A stretch of DNA of 32,920 nucleotides from Octopus bimaculoides (Eukaryota). Both the position numbers and the translations under genes were made by a program. Within the stretch, counting starts at the first letter, position 1, and each line of letters starts with the position of its first letter. The DNA is taken from positions 20,226,887 through 20,259,806 of the forward strand of contig NC_068992.1 of the NCBI RefSeq assembly GCF_001194135.2, written 5' to 3'. The notes beneath the pieces were generated by a model. It saw only the letters and a program-made list of their open reading frames with translations. It did no database searches and was not told where the DNA came from. Positions 24,781 to 32,920 of the stretch are shown in pieces.

Positions 24781-27091
24781 NNNNNNNNNNNNNNNNNNNN
24801 NNNNNNNNNNNNNNNNNNNNNNNNNNNNNNNNNNNNNNNNNNNNNNNNNNNNNNNNNNNNNNNNNNNNNNNNNNNNNNNNNNNNNNNNNNNNNNNNNNNN
24901 NNNNNNNNNNNNNNNNNNNNNNNNNNNNNNNNNNNNNNNNNNNNNNNNNNNNNNNNNNNNNNNNNNNNNNNNNNNNNNNNNNNNNNNNNNNNNNNNNNNN
25001 NNNNNNNNNNNNNNNNNNNNNNNNNNNNNNNNNNNNNNNNNNNNNNNNNNNNNNNNNNNNNNNNNNNNNNNNNNNNNNNNNNNNNNNNNNNNNNNNNNNN
25101 NNNNNNNNNNNNNNNNNNNNNNNNNNNNNNNNNNNNNNNNNNNNNNNNNNNNNNNNNNNNNNNNNNNNNNNNNNNNNNNNNNNNNNNNNNNNNNNNNNNN
25201 NNNNNNNNNNNNNNNNNNNNNNNNNNNNNNNNNNNNNNNNNNNNNNNNNNNNNNNNNNNNNNNNNNNNNNNNNNNNNNNNNNNNNNNNNNNNNNNNNNNN
25301 NNNNNNNNNNNNNNNNNNNNNNNNNNNNNNNNNNNNNNNNNNNNNNNNNNNNNNNNNNNNNNNNNNNNNNNNNNNNNNNNNNNNNNNNNNNNNNNNNNNN
25401 NNNNNNNNNNNNNNNNNNNNNNNNNNNNNNNNNNNNNNNNNNNNNNNNNNNNNNNNNNNNNNNNNNNNNNNNNNNNNNNNNNNNNNNNNNNNNNNNNNNN
25501 NNNNNNNNNNNNNNNNNNNNNNNNNNNNNNNNNNNNNNNNNNNNNNNNNNNNNNNNNNNNNNNNNNNNNNNNNNNNNNNNNNNNNNNNNNNNNNNNNNNN
25601 NNNNNNNNNNNNNNNNNNNNNNNNNNNNNNNNNNNNNNNNNNNNNNNNNNNNNNNNNNNNNNNNNNNNNNNNNNNNNNNNNNNNNNNNNNATATATCATC
25701 AAACTATTGAAAAACCAAAGGCACAAACTTCAAAAGATCTAGCTTTGAAGTCATGTTAAAATATTTCTCTGGAAATATTTTCTTTTTATTCTTAAAAATG
25801 TATATATTTATCCTCTTTCTTATATCATGACAGTTATGTTCTTCTTTCTGTTTGTTTTTCTTCGTTCTTCGGCTTTAAATAATACGTATTCTGAATATTG
25901 CAAATAGATAAAAAGTAATAGATATAAATTCGGAGAAAAAAATGTAGTTGTCAAGATAAGAAATTAAAAATAACTCAAATCCTTTTCGCAAGTTGCAATT
26001 TCATTTAACGTCTTGAATATAACACGGTTTGTCTATCAAATAACATTTAACATAAAGTGGGTGACACAGAATGGTCCTTGGAGAAAAAAGTATGTGCTGG
26101 CTTGAGATACCAGAACGTGTAAAGAAAAATATGCAGTAGATTGATTGACATCGAAAAGCACCCGACTTTCACTATAAGCTGTAACGATAGGGTGCTGAGA
26201 TGGAAAGAAAGACTAGTATATAATTTCTTAATGAAATAACATAAATGATTAAAAGTGATATTGATAAAATATCTGAAAAAAGCAAACAAAAATACGAGAA
26301 CACTGAATAGAATGTCTACATTTTTAACGAACTAGAAAGCTATTTCTCTTGCTTCTACGCTGTTAGTTTCTTTTTTTTCCTTCCCCAACGTCCGTTCTAG
26401 TCCTGCGTCTGATACAACTTATCAGTTGAATTGCTTTCTTTAATATAACTAAAAGCATCAAAGTTGTTTTTGTAACATAAATCACGGCTAGTTAAACGAT
26501 ATGCTACGGTACTATTTCTGAACATTATCAGACATTGATGTATATAATGAATAGTATATAATGTTGATGTATCAGTTGATAGATATATCGATCGGTGAAC
26601 TGCATCAATCTTTCAATCGTTTGTAAGCAAATAACGCCTCGACCTTTTCCTAAGACAGACCAGATTTACCGAGGATAACATTCAATATATCACCTAAACA
26701 CCTTTCACTGATCTTATTACACACACTCATGCATCTTCAAAATAATTTATTTACTCTGGAATATTCCTCTTCCTGGTGATAAAACCCCTCGTGGAATCTT
26801 TTGGTATATTTTTATATAGTAGGGAAGGCATTTACACGTAACAAATTTCATTTCCGTTCTAATGCAAATTGAAGTAAGTTAATTCAGATATTGCAACATA
26901 TCAATGAAGATGCATGAAATTAGAATCAGTCTTTGTCTTACGCATTTTTACAGCATCTGATCATATCAGAATCTGTTTAATTACATGTTCTGTAAATATA
27001 TTAATTTGTCAATTTATCATATTTAAATCGGCCAATAACCAGTTATCAGGTGAGAAATGAAAACAGCAGCAAATTAAACAATCGCGCTAGT

Positions 27092-27396
27092 GAAGGCGCG
27101 AGGCGTAGTGGTTACAATTATTTGGCTGATGATTGTGATGTCATGAGTTCGATTACTGGTGGCACGTTGTGTCCATGAGCAAGATGATATATTTCACATT
27201 GCTCCAGTCCACACAGATGACAAAAATTAGTTGCACCTATAATTCAAAGAACCCCGTCACGTTCTGAGTCACGCTGAATCTCGCTCAGAACTTCGTTAAG
27301 AGTAGGCATGAATGCGGAGTACTCAGTCAGTTACACGTCAATTTCATGAGCCGGCTGTTCTGTTGAACGGATCAACTAGAACACTCATCATCGTAG
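27092..27396 (+). mobile_element. tRNA-derived SINE (separate family), head plus core
   Basis: A-box-like ggcgtagtggtta and B-box-like gagttcgatta, then gttgtgtccatgagcaag...ttcacattgctccagtccac, and body ctgagtcacgctgaatctc...ggctgttctgttgaacggatcaact. It resembles a common octopus SINE as I recall it. Confidence 0.7.
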
Positions 27397-28276
27397 TATA
27401 AACAATTCGATTAAGGAAATTTTCACACGGATGGACAAGCATTTCTTTTACTAGATACAGGTCATCACATGCAAGCCAACATAACATTCAAAATTTACTG
27501 TGGCTGACGGCATCAGAATACCATAATGTGAATGGCATGTGTGATACTATTAAACTTTCTACATCTATATACAACACGGTAACTTACTGAACTTTCAAAG
27601 TATCTCTCCCCTTACGTGTGTCTCCTTTTATCTCTTTATGCACGTATGAATGTGTGAATATGTGTGCGCATAATTGTGTTCAGGTCACATGCGTGTGTGA
27701 ATCAAAAGTAAAGTTTGAAAAGATTTTAAGGGCAGCAGAAGGTGCGTAAAAATGAGACAGTGTTACTGGCAGAAATTAAGCAATGTATATATTCATGCAT
27801 ATGTTCTTGGAAAACCAAAGCTCACCGATTCAAAAGAAAGTATTCAATGCGTCAGGAGGTTGAGGATTTTGGTTTCTTCATTACGCGAGTATTTTACAGA
27901 ATATGTAGCGTTCCCACTCTTAAGCCAATATGATACAACGAAGCTAATTAGATAATCACTCCATGTACGCTTATACCGATGAGTTCATTAAAACAATTGT
28001 GATCGGCTTATACCTTGTAAGTGTAGATGTATCGCAATATAAGTTTTTAAGGAGTGTGTATTGTTAGAGTATGCAGTTAGTCTATTACTATTAATTAATT
28101 AATTTGCGTACGTAATTCCCGCTCTCTTTCATTTTGTTCTCAACCTCCCCATCTCGCTCTCTCACTTTCTGTTTCACACTCTCTCACTTTCTCTCTCTTA
28201 GTATTTATATATATATGTGTGTTTGTGTGTGTAAATTATATATCTATATGTGTGTGTGTGTGTGTGTGTGTTGTGT

Positions 28277-28325
<49 letters not shown>

Positions 28326-28370
28326 ATATGTATGTATCTGAGTTTGAACCGAATTTTTTTGTAATTGCAG

Positions 28371-28575
28371 ATCGTATGGGCAAATCCAAAAGCCATTACA
28401 GTTACACTTCAAGATCGAAGAATCACTGATGACAGTCGAATCAGTGTCGAAAGACCAACAACAACATCTTGGAACTTGCACATCCGTGAAGTAGAACCAT
28501 CTGATGGAGGAATATACTCTTGCCACATCAATACCTCTCCCGTTAAAGTCAAACGGATAAACCTAATTGTCCAAG
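28371..28575 (+). CDS. Internal coding exon: C-terminal part (C strand to G strand) of an Ig domain of a lachesin/DIP/IgLON-like cell-adhesion protein
   Basis: Acceptor ttttttgtaattgcAG (AG 28369-28370) and donor CAAG|GTGAGT (GT 28576-28577); 205 nt, phase 0 to phase 1. Translation IVWANPKAITVTLQDRRITDDSRISVERPTTTSWNLHIREVEPSDGGIYSCHINTSPVKVKRINLIVQ shows Ig hallmarks: C-strand W, W-x-L-x-I, D-x-G-x-Y-x-C, and G-strand L-x-V. The family call is by motif recognition only. Confidence 0.9.
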
Positions 28576-29243
28576 GTGAGTGATAGTATTTCTTATATAT
28601 GTTTGTTTTCGAAGAAGTGACGTAATGCTTATCACATTTGCGTCACTTTGCCGACAAAATGAAATAACATAAGAAACGAAAACTTTTAGATTTTCATAAT
28701 ATATTCTCTTCATCATCTGGTCTTTGATATCGTGTTCGAGAGAATGAATTGGAGGCTCTCAAGTAAGTAAATTTAAATATCCGACTAGTTTTCAATTTTA
28801 TCATTTTGTATAACGATCTGCGAAATTTTATCAATTCAAAAATTACATGATTATGCAACATGTTGATTCTTTCAAAGAAATATTTATATAAGGTAGACAT
28901 ATATCTATGTCATTACTGCACCAAATCTTTTAATCTAATATTAATATTCTTTTGCAGCTGTTTCAGCATTAGTAGATTTGAATCTGCATTTACATATTGG
29001 AACCGATTTATTTAATTTATTTCGTGTAAAAGATTTCATTGGTTTAGTTGACAAGTCATTAACGTTATGTATTCTGTAGTTAAAGTTGATATAATACAAC
29101 AAATAATTAGTGCTAAGGGGAAATAATCAATTATATGTATATATACGTACATATGCATACATATATGTCTATATACATAGATTATTTATATTGATACATC
29201 TAAATATATATGTGTGTATATATATATGCATATATATATATAC

Positions 29244-29274
<31 letters not shown>

Positions 29275-29292
29275 CATATATATACATACACA

Positions 29293-29333
<41 letters not shown>

Positions 29334-30557
29334 CTATATCATCTGAGACAAACCGCAGGTACACCATTTCCCAAGTAAAAAAAAAAATAGATGCAGGGCT
29401 ACTGACGGCTTAAATTAAATTCAATTGACTATGACACATAACAGCGAGGAACTGCAAGAAATCTCTAAATTTTCAACTCTTGGCACTTTACATCACGGAG
29501 AAAATTATATTCCTTCTGCTATTTGTCTTATCCCAAAATTACCTAACATTTATTATGATGTATTAGATAAATTTCCACGTAGAAATTATATTGATGAGCG
29601 AAAAATACGGCACGCGTTGAAGTCTGTAATACGTGCCCGCCTTTACAAAATCAACAAATATATATTTTACAAAACAACCGCTAAAAATAAGTTGAAAGTT
29701 TGAAACTGCTCAAATAATACGCATTCTCGGCCATGTGTATTTTTATTCAATTAAAGAAAATATAAAAACATCAGGTTACATTGCAAATTATTTTTTTATG
29801 TGAATTAGCTAACTTTCCCCAAGTTAAAATATATTGCAATGCAAGTCACTCTCAAATATCTGGTTGTATTGCCGTTAAGTGGTTTTGTACTTGTGCATTA
29901 TCCCAGCTAGAAACAACACCTAAATTCCCATAAGGTGCAACATAACGTCTTAAAAGAAACATGATATATAGTTCAGTCGCAGGTACAATATTCTCGAGAA
30001 CAAGAAAGTTGTTCTAAACGGCTTTAGTAATTTTCTTCGGAATTCTGCTCGTTTAGCGAAAATGTTCAGTTAAAAGTCAAATACAAAAATAATAAAAAAG
30101 CATTAAAAACAATAACAAATGCTACAATCAAAGCAAGACAAAAGAAAAAAAAAAGCAAAAGAGGCATAGCAACAAAAACAAGACAATAACAAAGACATAT
30201 AAAACAACACCAGAAATTTATTGCATCATCTCTACTCAGTCGATGGGTTGAAATGCTTCAGTCACATATTTAAAAGTAATCATTCTAACTACAATCAACT
30301 CAGACAAACAAAATACATAAATATTATATCAATATCAGCTAGCTTAACACGTTTACTGCTGCTAATACATAGCGTTCTGCTACTTAACATATCAAATATT
30401 TATACATTTCACAAGGTTTTTGAATACATACATATTTACATGCATATTTGTATGTATGTATATATATGTGTGTGTGAGAGAGAGAGAGAGAGTCAGAGAG
30501 AGAGTGTGTGTGTGTGTCTGTGTGTTTTGTCTGTGTGTATGTATTTGTATGCATATA

Positions 30558-30593
<36 letters not shown>

Positions 30594-32410
30594 TTAGACA
30601 TATGCATTTATGTATAATTATATACATGCATATGCACGCAGATGTATATGCGTATATATATGTAGTATATATTGATATATGATACAAAAGTATATATTTA
30701 TAGACAGACATATCTGTGTGTGTGTGTTCGTACGTATGTGTTTTTATGCACATTTACGTGTTTGTGTTCGGGTGCGTTTTTGTGTGTGCGCGCGTGCGTG
30801 TGTGTGTCACACAAATTAAAATGATACAATAATAATGCGAAGCAGTCCGAAAGCACAGGTGGAATACATTGCGATAAACGAGGTACTAGTTTAATGGTTG
30901 AATACAAGGAAAATATTGAATTAATAGACGAGATTTTAACCAAATATTTTAAAGGATTAAGGAATGAAAATGACTGGAAAAAAAGATAAGAACATAAATA
31001 AAAGCCTATTAACCATAGAAGCATGTCTTCCCATGAGATCCTATTAAAACTATTAACAGTCTGTTGGGGCACCGTATTTCGTTATACAAACCCTTGTACG
31101 CGTCAATACTGTGTTCTACTATGTTAGCAGTGCTATTACGTCATTTGTAAGTATTGTTAACAGGTGTTGTTAAAATATGTTAATGAGTGTTTAGCGCGGT
31201 TGTCAGAGAGCGTGTCATTTATATGGTTGAGAGTGTGTTCACAAATCTGTTATCCAGCGTGATGGTCATCTGCTTGCTCTCGTTGTATGTTTGTTTATGC
31301 AGAATAATTTCATATCAAGCATGTGGCACACATGTTTGTACGTAATGTGGGAATGTATGCGCTTATGCGTGTTCATATCTGAGTGAGACATTCAATTGCG
31401 TTTTTTTTTTTGTTTGGTGTGTGTTTTGATGTAAGTGCCCACCCGATTCCATCCGTGAGCACGGAGTTCATGAACATGCTTATGATGACGTGAAGAGGTA
31501 TATATCTGAATGTGGTAGGTAGTTGTGTCATCACGCATATCATAAACGTCAAGCCTACAAAATAACAAATAATGTTTATACATATCTCTATAACTCTGTC
31601 TCCATATATGAGTGGTTGAATGTGTTTACTTTTCCGAGTGCTAGGAGTATTGAATTGTACAAGTGTGTGTGTGCTATTGCGGGAACGTGTATGTCTTTAT
31701 AGTCATATGCATGTATATAAAACTGAAAGCATGATATAATTAACCAAGTTAAAGTATCGTAATTTAAAGAACCATGTAGCGTTTAATTGTATTATTCTCT
31801 CTCTAATCCAATGAATAAAATTAGCCACATTTCTTCATTAATACGTTAATAGAAAATGACTCCTCATAATAAGGAATTACATTGGATAATTGACGAAGAA
31901 GTTCAAATGGTTTACTTAACATTAGAAAAGGTTGAAGTCTCATAAGCTATAGTAAGCATTCATTTTCCCTGTTTTCATTTAAATGATTATTACTAGTTAC
32001 CACAATTACTGATGTAACGGGTTATATCACATATATTGATATTTCAGGTTTTAACGATTGCATACGTGAATCAGTATTGAGGTGAGACATTAATATAAAT
32101 AGTCAATTAATAAATTTAGCGGTTAATGGAGTCATGTCGAAGTAACGAAGCGTCGACTTTTTCGTTTTCAGAATTCATGTTGTTAATAGATCTCACCTTG
32201 TTCTAATTCTTCCTTTGTCCTAAAAACATGTACTGGGATGAATTGAACAGACGAATATATACACACATGCACATACACATACACACACACACATTAATAT
32301 ATATATATATATATATATATATAAGCGCGTGTGTGTGTGTGTGTATAACTAGATAGAAAGATTGGTGTGAGTGTGTGTGTGTGGGTATGTGTGTGTATGA
32401 GTGTGTTTAC

Positions 32411-32457
<47 letters not shown>

Positions 32458-32887
32458 CACGTGCGCGTATATGCATATATAAATAGGTACACAAATGCAT
32501 AACAAAAGGGAGTTAAGAAGAACAGCTTCACGTGGACAATGGCTTCAACTTAGACTACAAAAGGGAATAAACTTATATTTAAGACCCCGTAAAGATAAAT
32601 TCTTGATTTATTGGTTTATTATCTTCGCTTCGACGAATAGTAAGAAAAATAACTCCTGGACATTGCAAGCGAATGTGAATAAGAAGGGGAGATAATTTCA
32701 TGACTGGAGCATTTGAGAGAAATGATAGGCTATTAAGGAAAATAGTCTAATATTTTTCTGTAGGTAAATGATCAGCTGCAGACATGTGTTACTGCTTCAG
32801 ACGTGTGTTTATTTACCATCAATTCAGCAGGCATAATGGCATAGTAAAAAAAGAAGAGCAAAGATTTATAGCATATGATAGTTTGTA

Positions 32888-32920
<33 letters not shown>

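Larger units (their letters stand above)
3519..25690. other. Seven assembly gaps: 3519-4140, 5462-5675, 12437-13362, 16218-16596, 18830-19162, 23756-23888, 24781-25690
   Basis: N-runs, each abutting a (TA)n tract on at least one side. Confidence 0.97.

Noticed and set aside
3386-25742. Long ORFs of 100-411 aa composed of X and YI repeats
   Set aside because: Artefacts of N-runs and (TA)n flanks, with no coding information.
27092-27170. tRNA-like A and B boxes as a tRNA gene
   Set aside because: No cloverleaf can be drawn, and the sequence continues into a SINE body.
29425-29703. 92-aa ORF downstream of the Ig exon
   Set aside because: No ATG start at the called position, no Ig motifs and no convincing phase-1 acceptor.

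Overview
AT-rich, microsatellite-dense eukaryotic genomic DNA from a draft assembly with 7 N-gaps (about 3.5 kb in total). The repeat landscape (long AT/AC/AAT/AGAT tracts, recurrent SINE-like repeats) resembles an octopus or other cephalopod genome; this is pattern recognition, not a database result. The only convincing protein-coding sequence is one 205-nt internal exon on the + strand (28371-28575). It encodes the C-terminal two-thirds of an immunoglobulin domain of a lachesin/DIP/IgLON-like cell-adhesion protein, and I could not find its neighbouring exons. The rest looks intronic or intergenic. It contains a decayed R4/Dong-like non-LTR retrotransposon reverse transcriptase (- strand, ~7740-9230), a zinc-knuckle fragment of the same element class (+ strand, ~10030-10243), about ten SINE-like copies from two or three families, a 120-bp TA-flanked Tc1/mariner-type MITE, an unclassified ~400-bp diverged direct duplication, and many simple and compound microsatellites. 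Nearly all ORFs in the supplied track are artefacts of microsatellites or N-runs. I found no evidence for a novel multi-gene system; the findings are modest and concern repeat biology and the orphan exon.
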